Shown one piece after another: positions 1 through 10,139 of a stretch of DNA of 55,010 nt. Position numbers and translations under genes: made by a program. Positions within the stretch are counted from its first letter, which is position 1; each line of letters opens with the position of its first letter. The notes below the pieces were generated by a model, which was given only the letters and a program-made list of their open reading frames with translations, made no database searches and was not told where the DNA came from. This DNA comes from Verrucomicrobia bacterium UBA1183 (GTDB lineage: Bacteria; Verrucomicrobiota; Verrucomicrobiia; Opitutales; UBA9783), in assembly GCA_002309885.1 (NCBI GenBank), contig DBYP01000019.1:8153-63162 (forward strand), in the 5' to 3' direction.

Positions 1-60
1 GGGCCGCTGCCCTGCTTTTAAGGGAGCTTGAGGGATTTTTTACAAAAAATCTCTCAAAAC
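1..60 (+). repeat. Modular palindromic repeat, distal modules (cut by window edge)
   Basis: GGGCCGCTGCCCTGCTTTTAAGGGAGCTTGAGGGATTTTTTACAAAAAATCTCTCAA matches the copies at 15044-15216 and, reverse-complemented, 52634-52797. Confidence 0.9.
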
Positions 61-61
61 A

Positions 62-343
62 TTAACCTCCGAATTTTCCGACCATAAAACCATCGCAAAC
101 CGCTTGAATGCGCCGGTGTATTTTCCCCATCCGCACAGCCCTTGGAAACGCGAAACCACCGAAAATACGAACCGCTTATTGCGGCAGTATTTCCCGAAGA
201 AAACGAAGGCTTTTATACTACAGCACATTTTAAGCATTTCCGACAAAAATTAACACTAGACCTAGAAAGTGTCTCAACTTCGCATCCCCAGCTGAGCGGT
301 TCTTTTTCGAGCTTAGGGGTTGCTCTTCAAACTTGAATGTGCC
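62..343 (+). mobile_element. IS30-family remnant: frameshifted transposase C-terminus plus right inverted repeat (318-343)
   Basis: Hand translation from 62: EFSDHKTIANRLNAPVYFPHPHSPWKRETTENTNRLLRQYFPK. After a shift at the A-run near 244-249: INTRPRKCLNFASPAERF, ending VALQT*. These are characteristic IS30 C-terminal motifs; the end sequence is GTTGCTCTTCAAACTTGAATGTGCC. Confidence 0.9.
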
Positions 344-467
344 TCCCCAAAAGTTCCCTTGCATTTGTGCGCTGCTTATGTATAATAAGATAATCATAAA
401 GAACCGTATGTATAATACTCTTTACAACACCGTGCTATAACATCGAATTTGAAAAGGAGAAAAGAGA

Positions 468-1451
468 ATGGTTGAAACAAGACCTTTGATTATTGTCCCG
501 CACAATCCTGAATGGGCTGTGTTTTTTGAACAAGAGGCTCAAAAGATAAAAGCGTGTATGGGGGACGTTTGCTTAGATATCATCCACGTGGGTTCTACTT
601 CAGTAGAAGGCTTATCCGCGAAACCAATTATTGATATTATTTTGGTCACAAATAATCTACAACAAGCAGGTAAGTTATTGACCGAAAAATTGGGATATTG
701 TTATAAAGGCGAGTGTAATTTACCGCTGAGAGATTTATATAGCAAAAAAGACAAATGGGAAATATACTTACATGTACATCTAGCTTGGAATGAAGAAATA
801 CGGCTTAATGTATCTTTTCGGAATTACTTGCGAACTCATCCTGACGCTAAAAAAGCCTATGAAGCGACAAAAATACAAGCCAGTCAAACGCAAGGCGCAA
901 CCGAGAAAACAAGTACGGGAATCACGCGATATAATCTATTTAAAAACGATCAAATTGTTTCAATTTTAAAAGCGACCGGATTTGATGGTGTATGTGTCCG
1001 TTTTGTAACTCAAAAAGCTGAGCATCAGGCATTTGATCTGTATAAAAAGGAATTTTATGGAGAGTCTTTTGAAGAAAAGCAGACCTCAGCAGATGTTAAA
1101 AAATTTGTAATTTATAAAGGCACTACCATTGAAGGAGCTGCAGAGCTTTTAGCAATAGGAGAGGATCGCTACTTACTCAATTTTTTAAACACGCGCAGTA
1201 AGGAATTTTTTAAACAATTGTTACAATTTATTTTGTTATGGATTAAGGAACGATTTACACATGGCATTGTGTTAGCTACATTATCAGAGTCTCAGACTGA
1301 ACTATATCAAGAAGCTGGTTTTACATTGCTTCATACTCTACGTAAAAAACAAAACTCGATACTTTGGCAACGTTTTAATCGGTACTTTGGCAAAACAGTA
1401 AAAGTTTTGTCTTCTTTTGATAATTATCAAAAATGCTTTTTAATCCTATAA
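468..1451 (+). CDS. GrpB-family nucleotidyltransferase-fold protein fused to a degenerate GNAT-like domain
   Basis: N-terminal PEWAVFFEQE...IIHVGSTSVEGLSAKPIIDI and FRNYLRTHP..YEATK motifs; C-terminal LYQEAGF; SD AAGGAG upstream. Confidence 0.85.
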   Translation: MVETRPLIIVPHNPEWAVFFEQEAQKIKACMGDVCLDIIHVGSTSVEGLSAKPIIDIILVTNNLQQAGKLLTEKLGYCYKGECNLPLRDLYSKKDKWEIYLHVHLAWNEEIRLNVSFRNYLRTHPDAKKAYEATKIQASQTQGATEKTSTGITRYNLFKNDQIVSILKATGFDGVCVRFVTQKAEHQAFDLYKKEFYGESFEEKQTSADVKKFVIYKGTTIEGAAELLAIGEDRYLLNFLNTRSKEFFKQLLQFILLWIKERFTHGIVLATLSESQTELYQEAGFTLLHTLRKKQNSILWQRFNRYFGKTVKVLSSFDNYQKCFLIL

Positions 1452-1807
1452 ACACCGAAATACATAGGAGTTTTTTAGATGAGTGCATGATAAAACGTTT
1501 GAGAAATTCCATCCCTTAAAAAATGGTTCTTGATAAAATTAAGGAGAAAAATACCTAATCTTGTAATGAACTATAGGAATTTTAGATAACAACCGATGAT
1601 TATTAAATGACTTTCATAATTAATCAAAAACATTGGTTTTGTTGAAAGCACTTTGTGAAATAACCAACCATAGAAATTGCTCGTTGTCACTATTTTGCGG
1701 AAGTTTTTTGAAGCAGGATGCAAACGATCTCAATACACGAAGGTATTCAATGGAGCTTAAAAAGTCAAAATATTCAAAAAATCTACCAACCCCAACGATC
1801 CCATTAT

Positions 1808-1883
1808 TGGCACCCTGTAGGAGATTCGAACTCCTGTTGTCGAGATGAGAACCCGATGTCCTAACCAACTAGACGAACAGGGC
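1808..1883 (-). tRNA. tRNA-Glu(CTC)
   Basis: Cloverleaf GCCCTGT..., anticodon arm TCGGG-TTCTCAT-CTCGA, T-loop TTCGAAT, encoded CCA. Confidence 0.96.
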
Positions 1884-1945
1884 AAAACAGATATAAAGAC
1901 TATGCAAAAAGAATTTTTAAAAATCAAGCTTTATCTAAAGAATTT

Positions 1946-1971
1946 TGTAAGTTCAGCTTTGAAGTGCAACT
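1946..1971 (+). mobile_element. Solo IS30-like terminal inverted repeat
   Basis: TGTAAGTTCAGCTTTGAAGTGCAACT; 18/26 identical to the reverse complement of the IS30 end at 318-343. Confidence 0.7.
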
Positions 1972-2019
1972 GCTGAAGTAAAAGATTGGGGAAAGCAAAG
2001 CGAAATATGAAGAAGCGTG

Positions 2020-3306
2020 CTATATTTCTGATAAAATACGGGCGAGGGCGCCTTTATTTTGATTAATCCATTGATGTGCTGAGGTACCACAGGCTTGGGC
2101 GCTTGTTGGGTTTTCAAGCCAGTTAGATAATTGGTCTTCTATCGCCTGGGCATTGGGACAACGGATAGCACCCCCGACAGACTCAAGGCCGGCGCACAGG
2201 GCTCTAAAGTTTTCCATATGAGGACCGTAAACGATCGGTTTCCCGAAAGCAGCTGCCTCAATGGGGGTTTGTCCGCCAGCATTCGGAGGTAAACTTTTAC
2301 CGACAAAAACCAGATCTGCCAACGCAACAAAATTTTTAAGCTCACCGGTGGTATTGACAAGAAGTACATCGGTATCGGTTATTGATTGGGTTCGCAAGCT
2401 GTAACGAAGCTCGGAATGTTTCAAAATTCGTTCGATGGACGCCGTGCGCTCGACGTGGCGCGGCACAAGAATTAGCTTCAATTTCGGATATAACGGCTGA
2501 GCCTTTTTATAAAAATGTACCAACATTTCTTCTTCACCTTCCCAAGTGGAAGCGCCCAATAGAATGGTGGCGTTTTGCCAGGAAGTACCTAGCGTTTCAC
2601 GTGAAACCTTGAAATGCGTTGCTTCTAATGCACTTAATGCAGCATCGATTTTCAAATTACCTACGGTTTTTACTTCAATATGAGAACAAAATTGCCGCAA
2701 GCGCTTCGCATCTTCTTCGCTAGAAGCGAGTACTTTTGTTAAGAATTGCATGCATGTCTTGGGTATCCAAGGGCACACCTGATAACGCGAAAAGGTTTTG
2801 TCGGAACAGCGCGCATTAATGAGGTAAACAGGTATTTTTCGTTTGTAAGCCTGAAATAAGTGCTCCGGCCATATTTCGGATTCCATCAGGATGACTTTTG
2901 ATGGATTTATGCGTCGCCAAGCTAAAGCAGAAAATAACCAGAAATCGAGTGGAAAATAGGCGATGTAATCTACTAAATTTTGGTACTTCTTTTGAGCAAC
3001 ACTAAAACCGGTTGAGGTGGTTGTCGTAAGATAAACTCGCTGATCACGCTGTTTAAGTTGCTCCAGGAGCGGTTTTAAAGCCTCCAGTTCTCCAACGCTG
3101 ACCGCTTGTATCCACAATATTTGTGATCCTTTTTGGTTTTTGGGAACAAAACCAAACCGATGTATAAAATGGCGTGCGTAACCACCGCGCTTCAACATCC
3201 GCAGGCAATAGTAAGGCAGTAAGAAGATAAAAATAGGGAAGAACAGCACCCGATAGAGTACAATGAATACATGCCGTTCCCAACAAGCCATTATTTCTTT
3301 TGACAA
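2020..3306 (-). CDS. waaA: 3-deoxy-D-manno-octulosonic acid (Kdo) transferase; start uncertain
   Basis: WIQAVSVGE, YFPLD, MESEIWP, LVPRHVER, GGQTPIEAA, GPHMENF motifs. Confidence 0.95.
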   Translation of the reverse strand: MSKEIMACWERHVFIVLYRVLFFPIFIFLLPYYCLRMLKRGGYARHFIHRFGFVPKNQKGSQILWIQAVSVGELEALKPLLEQLKQRDQRVYLTTTTSTGFSVAQKKYQNLVDYIAYFPLDFWLFSALAWRRINPSKVILMESEIWPEHLFQAYKRKIPVYLINARCSDKTFSRYQVCPWIPKTCMQFLTKVLASSEEDAKRLRQFCSHIEVKTVGNLKIDAALSALEATHFKVSRETLGTSWQNATILLGASTWEGEEEMLVHFYKKAQPLYPKLKLILVPRHVERTASIERILKHSELRYSLRTQSITDTDVLLVNTTGELKNFVALADLVFVGKSLPPNAGGQTPIEAAAFGKPIVYGPHMENFRALCAGLESVGGAIRCPNAQAIEDQLSNWLENPTSAQACGTSAHQWINQNKGALARILSEI

Positions 3307-3328
3307 AACCTAAGCGTCTTTATAGAAT
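3300..3328 (+). promoter_or_regulatory. Near-consensus sigma70 promoter pointing into the acpP-waaA spacer
   Basis: TTGACA-N17-TAGAAT. Confidence 0.65.
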
Positions 3329-3407
3329 TGTATTAATCCAACGCCGAAGGGAGCTGAAAGGAGGTATTTATGATAAAAAAAGATCTCCCTCCGAACGTTG
3401 AAAAGTA

Positions 3408-3662
3408 TTATTTCTTTGCGTTAAATTTGGGAAGTAGGTAATCAACGCAAGATTGAAGCGACTCCAAGTGTGGATAGTCGGCTTCCGGAACCTCAATATT
3501 ATGCTGTTTGCGAAGTTCCATAACGATATCTAAAAAATCCATTGAGTCCAATTCCAATTGATCACGCAGGCGAACGTCATCTTTCAAATTGCTTAAGTCC
3601 TCATCGGGAGCTATTTCAGCAATGATATCGATTACTATTTTACGAATGTCTGACTTTTCCAT
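3408..3662 (-). CDS. acpP: Acyl carrier protein
   Basis: LDSMDFLDIVMEL phosphopantetheine motif; downstream of fabF. Confidence 0.93.
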   Translation of the reverse strand: MEKSDIRKIVIDIIAEIAPDEDLSNLKDDVRLRDQLELDSMDFLDIVMELRKQHNIEVPEADYPHLESLQSCVDYLLPKFNAKK

Positions 3663-3674
3663 TTTGATTTCCTT

Positions 3675-4925
3675 TTAAATTTTGGCTTCATAACGCCGAA
3701 CGATTACAACGGAATTAATGCCCAACATTCCAAAAGAATTGTTAAGTATAGTATCTACCTTTGTCAAAAGTTTCGGCTTGTTAATAACGAGATTATTCAA
3801 GGCACACTCTGGATCCAAATCCTCCACATTGATAGTTGGATGGACGATATGATCTTCGAATGCTGGTAAATTCCCCGCCAATTCTAGAGATCCTGCGGCA
3901 CCCATTGCATGACCTATAAAACTCTTTGTATTGTTAAAGTGTGTGTTGGGAGCGTCTTTGAATGCTTCGCGTAACGCTTGACATTCTTTGATATCTCCTA
4001 AAATCGTTGAAGTTGCATGTGTGTTGACAATGTCAATGTCAGAAGGCTTTATTCCCGCTTTATTTAGGGCTAAATCGACACACTCTTTCTGCCTTTGCGA
4101 GCAAGGTAATACCGCGCTTTCTGCATCCGAATTGATACCATAACCTACAACTTCGCCGTAAATCTTTGCGTTCGGTCGAGCCAAAGCGCTCTCTAAACGT
4201 TCCAAAGTGAAGAAGCAACCACCTTCGCTGATTACAATACCATTGCGTGCCTTATCAAACGGGCGACTTGCTTTATTGGGATCGGCATGTTCCGCTAAAG
4301 CGCCTTGATTCTTGAAGCCCGCAAAAATACCGAATGTATGTATGCTTTCGCTAACGCCACCCACAAGCGCCATGTCGACCTCACCTAAGCGCAACATCTG
4401 GACGCCCTGTATTAAACCAAGATTGCCACCGGCACAAGCGCCACCCAAGGTGTAATGAGGTCCCGTGATGCCCAAATTGATGGAAACTTCACCTGCAGGA
4501 TTATTAGCTACGGTTCTGGGATTGTGGTGATGATTCCAGAAGCGAGTGTCGTATCCAAACTTAGAAATTTGATAAACTTCGTTCTCGGTTTCAACGTTGC
4601 CATGCTCCGTTATGCCCACATAAATGCCGATACGACTCTTATCCATAGCGTCGATATCGATCTTACTATCTTCTAAAGCTTTATGTGCACAGTAAATACC
4701 GATACTTCCGGCACGCGTTCCGGTACGTAATTCTTTCTTACTTTGATAATCAGTAGCGCTAAACGTACAAACACCTGCCAAAACCAAACCCATGTAGCGC
4801 ATGTCAATGCGTTGAATGTTGGCGCATCCTGACAACAAATTTTTACGGAATTCAGCCAGTGAATTACCATTAGGAGCCGTCAATCCAACACCCGTAATTA
4901 CAATCCGATCCATTAAATTCGCCAT
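3675..4925 (-). CDS. fabF: Beta-ketoacyl-ACP synthase (FabF/FabB family)
   Basis: GACAGG catalytic Cys, NTHATST and KSFIGHAMGAAG His motifs, NSFG. Confidence 0.92.
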   Translation of the reverse strand: MANLMDRIVITGVGLTAPNGNSLAEFRKNLLSGCANIQRIDMRYMGLVLAGVCTFSATDYQSKKELRTGTRAGSIGIYCAHKALEDSKIDIDAMDKSRIGIYVGITEHGNVETENEVYQISKFGYDTRFWNHHHNPRTVANNPAGEVSINLGITGPHYTLGGACAGGNLGLIQGVQMLRLGEVDMALVGGVSESIHTFGIFAGFKNQGALAEHADPNKASRPFDKARNGIVISEGGCFFTLERLESALARPNAKIYGEVVGYGINSDAESAVLPCSQRQKECVDLALNKAGIKPSDIDIVNTHATSTILGDIKECQALREAFKDAPNTHFNNTKSFIGHAMGAAGSLELAGNLPAFEDHIVHPTINVEDLDPECALNNLVINKPKLLTKVDTILNNSFGMLGINSVVIVRRYEAKI

Positions 4926-4994
4926 GAGTTTATCCGTTAACGAGATATTACAATAAAGATTTTCACGAGAAATAAAAGCTAAAAAATCAACTTT

Positions 4995-7634
4995 TTACAA
5001 ATACTTTTTTAAAGCTTCCAATTTCTGCTGATTCTCCTGTAATTGCTTCTTAACACCTTCGACAACGGATGCCGGCGCATGATCGATAAAACGTGGGTTA
5101 GCTAATTTTTGCTCGGCGGTCTTTATATAAGATTCCAAGGTCACGATATCCTGCTTTAATGCTTCAGTATCAAGCTGTTTTTTCCCTTCTAATACGATGG
5201 CAAAAGTACCCCATAATGTAACAACTTTGGGACTATCCGCCGGAATTTCAGTTACACAATGAATTTCTTTTACCCCAACAAGTTTTTCTAAATCCGATTG
5301 GTGCTGTTGAAATAATTTTGCATGTGTCGGGTTCAGATGGACCAGCATCTCAACATTTTTATCGGAAGCTAAACCATTTTCTGCTTTTAAACCACGTAAT
5401 TCTTCCAACAATGTCCGCAATGTTTCTACTGCTTGAAACTCCTCTGGTTTAAAATCGTAACGCGATGTGAGGAATTTTTCCAAAGTTGCGATGTCCCAAC
5501 CGGCCTCCTGAATTAGTCCGTCAGAGTAATGTAGTTGAGCCCAAAGTTCTTCCGTAATATAGGGTGCGTAAGGTTCCAGCATGATCAAAATTTGACGCAA
5601 GAACAAATCTTGTACCGCAAGGCAATGCGACGATTGTATTTTTTGGATTTCCAAATAATCATCGCAAAACAAGCTCTTAAAGGTGTGCTGTAGAAGCTTT
5701 ATCGCGGAACTAAATTCGTATTTTGCAATCAACTTCTCATATTCCTTCATGAGTTTCAATAGCGACAAAAGTAGGTGTTTATCGTAAACATTTAGCTCTT
5801 GAGGTAAAGCCTTGAGCAGATCGTTCAAATTATGATAAGAGGTTGTTGCATCCTGCATTTGTCGGAAACGGCACGCGTTCCACAATTTGGTACAGAAATT
5901 TCGGCCTTGCGTTAGGAAGCGCTCATCGAAGCGAATGTCTTGTCCCTGTGGTGCAATCGAAAGTAAGCCAATACGGACGCCATCCGCACCGAAATTCTTT
6001 ATCAAATCAAGCGGATCGGGCGAATTGCCGAGACTTTTGGACATTTTACGTCCCAACGCATCGCGCACAATTCCAGTCAAGTAAATGTTTTTAAATGGCA
6101 ACCGCTGTTCCATCGGTCGATCTTCCAGAAATTCCAGGGATGAAATAATCATGCGGGTAATCCAGAAGAACAAAATGTCGGGGCCAGAAACCAGCGTATG
6201 ACTTGGGAAAAATGCATTGAAATGTCGCTGATTTTCTTCCGATTTATCCAGCCAATTTAAGGTACCCAGAGGCCATAACCAAGAGGAAAACCAGGTATCC
6301 AAAACATCGGGATCCTGTTCCCAATTTTCTGGATCGTTTGGCCCTTCAATGGAAACATGAACGCGATTTTTGTCGGTTTTATGATACCAAACCGGGATAC
6401 GATGTCCCCACCAAAGTTGGCGGCTAATGCACCAATCTTGGATGTTGTTGAGCCAATGTAGGTAGGTCTTAATCCAGCGCTGAGGCCAAAAATGTATCAA
6501 TTCCTTTTCCGCCAAACGCTTGGCTTCTTCAACCTTAGGATAACGCACAAACCATTGTTCAGAAAGCCGAGGTTCAATCGGAACGTCCGCACGCTCGGAA
6601 TACCCAACGGCATGCTCATAAGGTTTTTCTTCAATAAGCAGCCCTTTTTCTCTTAAAGCTTCTACAACCGCTTTGCGGGCCTCAAAACGATCCATGCCTT
6701 CAAAAGGCGCACCGTTTTCATTAACAACACCTCGGATATCTAGGACTTCAATAAAGGGTAAATGGTGACGTTGTCCAACAGCAAAGTCGATAGGGTCGTG
6801 TGCAGGCGTTATTTTTAAAGCACCGGTACCAAATTCACGCTCAACAACGGCATCCGCGATGATCGGAATTGTGCGTTTCGGATCAAATGGGCACTGAGCA
6901 TGCAAACCGATAAGCGCTTGATAACGTGGATCTTCGGGATGGACCGCCAATGCGACGTCTCCCATAATGGTTTCAGGGCGTGTTGTCGCAATATTTAAAA
7001 AGGTTCCTGGCTTTTCAACAATGGGATACTTGAAGGTATATAGGAAAGCCTGAGTCGGTTTCATGATAACTTCCTCATCACTCAAGGCCGTCTGCGAAAC
7101 CGGGCACCAATTAACTAAGCGCTTGCCTTTATAAATATAGCCTTGCTCGTACAATCGGACAAAAGCGGTAAAAACCCCCCGCGAGTAATTCGGATCCAGT
7201 GTGTAGGTTGCGTGGCTCCAATCGCAGGAAACACCCAACGTTTTCAGTTGGTCAAAAATGATACCGCCATGTTCTTTGCGCCACGCTTGTACCCGTTCCA
7301 GAAATGCTTCACGTCCCATTTTTTGACGCGAAAGACCTTCCTTCTTTAAGACCTTTTCGACCTTGCTCTGCGTCGCGATACCTGCGTGATCTGTTCCAGG
7401 AATCCACAATACATCCTTGCCATTGATGCGTGCCCAACGACATAGAACATCCTGTATTGTGTTATTCAACGTATGTCCCATGTGCAATATGCCGGTCACA
7501 TTGGGCGGTGGCATAAACACAGTAAACGTCGGCTTTCCATCGTTTTTTGCTTCAAAACAACGCTTTTCTTGCCAATATTTATTCCACTTTTTTTCAATGT
7601 CTTCCGGTCGATACGACTTTTCCATGAGAACCAT
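4995..7634 (-). CDS. valS: Valine--tRNA ligase
   Basis: PPPNVTGILHMGH, DHAGIATQ, WCISRQLWWGH, KMSKS, C-terminal coiled coil. Confidence 0.98.
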   Translation of the reverse strand: MVLMEKSYRPEDIEKKWNKYWQEKRCFEAKNDGKPTFTVFMPPPNVTGILHMGHTLNNTIQDVLCRWARINGKDVLWIPGTDHAGIATQSKVEKVLKKEGLSRQKMGREAFLERVQAWRKEHGGIIFDQLKTLGVSCDWSHATYTLDPNYSRGVFTAFVRLYEQGYIYKGKRLVNWCPVSQTALSDEEVIMKPTQAFLYTFKYPIVEKPGTFLNIATTRPETIMGDVALAVHPEDPRYQALIGLHAQCPFDPKRTIPIIADAVVEREFGTGALKITPAHDPIDFAVGQRHHLPFIEVLDIRGVVNENGAPFEGMDRFEARKAVVEALREKGLLIEEKPYEHAVGYSERADVPIEPRLSEQWFVRYPKVEEAKRLAEKELIHFWPQRWIKTYLHWLNNIQDWCISRQLWWGHRIPVWYHKTDKNRVHVSIEGPNDPENWEQDPDVLDTWFSSWLWPLGTLNWLDKSEENQRHFNAFFPSHTLVSGPDILFFWITRMIISSLEFLEDRPMEQRLPFKNIYLTGIVRDALGRKMSKSLGNSPDPLDLIKNFGADGVRIGLLSIAPQGQDIRFDERFLTQGRNFCTKLWNACRFRQMQDATTSYHNLNDLLKALPQELNVYDKHLLLSLLKLMKEYEKLIAKYEFSSAIKLLQHTFKSLFCDDYLEIQKIQSSHCLAVQDLFLRQILIMLEPYAPYITEELWAQLHYSDGLIQEAGWDIATLEKFLTSRYDFKPEEFQAVETLRTLLEELRGLKAENGLASDKNVEMLVHLNPTHAKLFQQHQSDLEKLVGVKEIHCVTEIPADSPKVVTLWGTFAIVLEGKKQLDTEALKQDIVTLESYIKTAEQKLANPRFIDHAPASVVEGVKKQLQENQQKLEALKKYL

Positions 7635-7742
7635 AACGTTTTCATTTATGTATCAATAATACAATTTCGTCGAGCGTTTTTTGGTGTTTTTGTTTAAAAT
7701 AGAGTAGAAAAAAGCAAAGCGCGAATGAAATAACTTTCTATC

Positions 7743-7864
7743 TAGGACGTGTCTACATAAGCTAGAAATATTACGTTTTCGCAACGGCGTTGAAAAACGA
7801 CAAAGAAGCAGGGGTTCTGCCCTGCTTTTAAGGAAGTTTGAGAGATTTAAAAAAAAACCCTCAA
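7743..7864 (+). repeat. Modular palindromic repeat copy (lacks hairpin 1)
   Basis: TAGGACGTGTCTACA start, GCAGGGGTTCTGCCCTGC hairpin, TTTTAAGGAAGTTTGAGAGATTT...CCCTCAA. Confidence 0.8.
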
Positions 7865-7882
7865 TTGATTCTCTTCCGAACC

Positions 7883-8641
7883 TTACAACAATTCGTCGGC
7901 GATTTGGATGATGTCGACAAAGGATTTGGCTTCCAATGAGGCACCACCGATCAGGCCACCATCGATATCGGGTTGCGACAACAAGTCGTGCGCGTTACTG
8001 GCTTTCAGGGAGCCTCCGTAGAGGATGCGAACACCATCAGCGACCGATTTATCGAAATGCTTTACGAGCCAATTGCGGATGAATGCGTGAACTTCTTGTG
8101 CGATCGCTGGGGTCGCGGTTTCGCCCGTTCCTATCGCCCAAATAGGTTCATAGGCTATGGTAATTGCAGCCATTTGCTCTTTGGAAATTGCTGCCAAACC
8201 TTCTGTTAATTCTTCAGCAATAACATCGAAAGCACGACCTGCCTTTCGTTCTTCCAAGCTCTCACCGACGCACAAAATGGGCTTCAATTGATGCGACAAC
8301 AACGCATGAATTTTCTCGTTGATAAAGGCATTGGATTCTTTCAATAGTGTGCGCCGTTCGCTATGCCCAACGATAACATAGGTTACGAATTCCGAGAGCA
8401 TTTTGGGCGAAATTTCTCCCGTAAATGCGCCAGAATCTTTTGGGTAAACATTCTGTGCTCCCAAGGAAATTCTTCCCTTGTTGGCCTCTTTTGCGGCACT
8501 CAAAGCCGTAAACGTTGGGCAAATTAATGCTTCACATTTTGTCTTAGCGGGAGCCAAGGCGTTAAATTCAGCGAAGAAGGCGCGCGCCTCCTCGGCTGTT
8601 TTGTTCATTTTCCAATTTCCTGCGATAAGAAACGTCCTCAT
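7883..8641 (-). CDS. tpiA: Triosephosphate isomerase
   Basis: AGNWKMN, GHSERR, AYEPIWAIGTG, YGGS, GLIGGASL. Confidence 0.98.
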   Translation of the reverse strand: MRTFLIAGNWKMNKTAEEARAFFAEFNALAPAKTKCEALICPTFTALSAAKEANKGRISLGAQNVYPKDSGAFTGEISPKMLSEFVTYVIVGHSERRTLLKESNAFINEKIHALLSHQLKPILCVGESLEERKAGRAFDVIAEELTEGLAAISKEQMAAITIAYEPIWAIGTGETATPAIAQEVHAFIRNWLVKHFDKSVADGVRILYGGSLKASNAHDLLSQPDIDGGLIGGASLEAKSFVDIIQIADELL

Positions 8642-9846
8642 AATGATGTCCTTGTTTTCAGTGCTTCTAAGCCGGGAAGTGGCTTGCCTTCAAGTAATTG
8701 CAAGCTTGCTCCACCGCCTGTGCTTAAAAATGTAATTTCATCCGCGCAACCGCTTTGATGAATTGCCTTGACGCAATCGCCGCCTCCTACAATGGTTGTA
8801 CCTTCGCACGCAGCCATCGCGTGAGCAATTTTGTAACTTCCTTGCGCTGAAGCCTCGATTTCGAAAATACCTACCGGGCCATTCCAAAGAACGGTCTTGG
8901 AATTACGTATGAAATCAGCGTATTTTTCAGCGGTTTTTGGCCCAATATCTACGCCTTCCCAGCCGTCTTCAATAACACCTTCTGCGATTTTCAATTCACC
9001 CAACGTCCGACCATCAAAATCGACCTTGTTGGTTACCACAGTATCGATCGGCAACTGCAAATCGACATTCTTGGCTTTAGCTTTTTCGAGCAACGACTTT
9101 GCTAGTTCGATATAATCCGGTTCAACGCGGCTATTTCCGACCGATCGACCTTGCGCCAAAGCGAATGTATAAGCCATCGCACCACCGATCAAAACGCGAT
9201 CCGCTTTGTCCAGCACCGATTCGATAACGCCGATTTTATCACTCACTTTTGCACCTCCTAAAACGACACAGAATGGGCGCTCTGGATGATTGACCTTGCC
9301 TTCCAAAAATTCCAATTCTTTCTCAATCAAAAAGCCTACCGCTTTTTCAGAAACATAGGGTACCATACCGGCCGTTGAAGCATGCGCGCGGTGTGCTGTT
9401 CCAAAGGCATCGTTTACATAAACATCCGCCAATTTTGCCAGCGCTTTTGAGAAATTCTCATCGTTAGCTTCCTCTTCCGCATGGAATCGCAAATTTTCTA
9501 ACAACACAACCGAGTTTTCAGCCATCTCCGATATGGAATCCTCGACCTCCGAACCGATACAATCCTCCAAAAACAAAACCGGTTGATTTAACAGCGTCGC
9601 CAAAGCTTCTGCAACAGGACGCAGGCTGTATTTCGGATTACGCTGTCCCTTGGGTCTTCCCAAATGGCTTGCCAAAACAACTTTCGCACCATGTTCCAAT
9701 AAGTAACGAATCGTCGGAAGTGCTGCAACAATGCGCGTGTTATCCGCAACATGACCGTTTGGATCCAACGGCACATTAAAATCTACACGCACAAATACAC
9801 GTTTACCTTCAACAGCAATATCTCTTATAGAATTAATCCCTTCCAT
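8638..9846 (-). CDS. pgk: Phosphoglycerate kinase
   Basis: RVDFNVP, SHLGRP, LENLRF, DAFGTAHRAH, GGAKVSDK, STGGGASL. Confidence 0.98.
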   Translation of the reverse strand: MEGINSIRDIAVEGKRVFVRVDFNVPLDPNGHVADNTRIVAALPTIRYLLEHGAKVVLASHLGRPKGQRNPKYSLRPVAEALATLLNQPVLFLEDCIGSEVEDSISEMAENSVVLLENLRFHAEEEANDENFSKALAKLADVYVNDAFGTAHRAHASTAGMVPYVSEKAVGFLIEKELEFLEGKVNHPERPFCVVLGGAKVSDKIGVIESVLDKADRVLIGGAMAYTFALAQGRSVGNSRVEPDYIELAKSLLEKAKAKNVDLQLPIDTVVTNKVDFDGRTLGELKIAEGVIEDGWEGVDIGPKTAEKYADFIRNSKTVLWNGPVGIFEIEASAQGSYKIAHAMAACEGTTIVGGGDCVKAIHQSGCADEITFLSTGGGASLQLLEGKPLPGLEALKTRTSL

Positions 9847-10011
9847 GCTCCATATAATACGGCATATTTTCTATTAAGTGAAGTTCTTTTTATCAAAAAA
9901 TTACAAGAAAGAATCGATAAAGCATTTCTCTGTAGGCAGCTCAAAATTTATTTACCTACAATATATAGGTGCCTTATTATCTGCTTTATTGTATTTTTTT
10001 TAAAAAAGTAC

Positions 10012-10038
10012 TAAGTTTTTTTCAAAACCATCCGATTT
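10012..10038 (+). promoter_or_regulatory. Putative sigma28 (FliA) promoter of the flagellin gene
   Basis: TAAG-N15-TCCGATTT versus consensus TAAA-N15-GCCGATAA, about 100 bp upstream of fliC. Confidence 0.7.
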
Positions 10039-10139
10039 ACATAAGTACAGGCATACCAGATGTAGCCTGTTGAGCATATACCTCAAAAATGTATATCCGA
10101 GTGCAAGCGGGAATTGCATAAGAAATATCAGGGAAGATT

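Noticed and set aside
40-336. Track ORFs 40-246(-) and 142-336(+) as genes
   Set aside because: They are alternative frames of the frameshifted IS30 transposase remnant
1620-1868. ORFs 1620-1868 and 1633-1848
   Set aside because: They overlap tRNA-Glu and have no recognisable protein features
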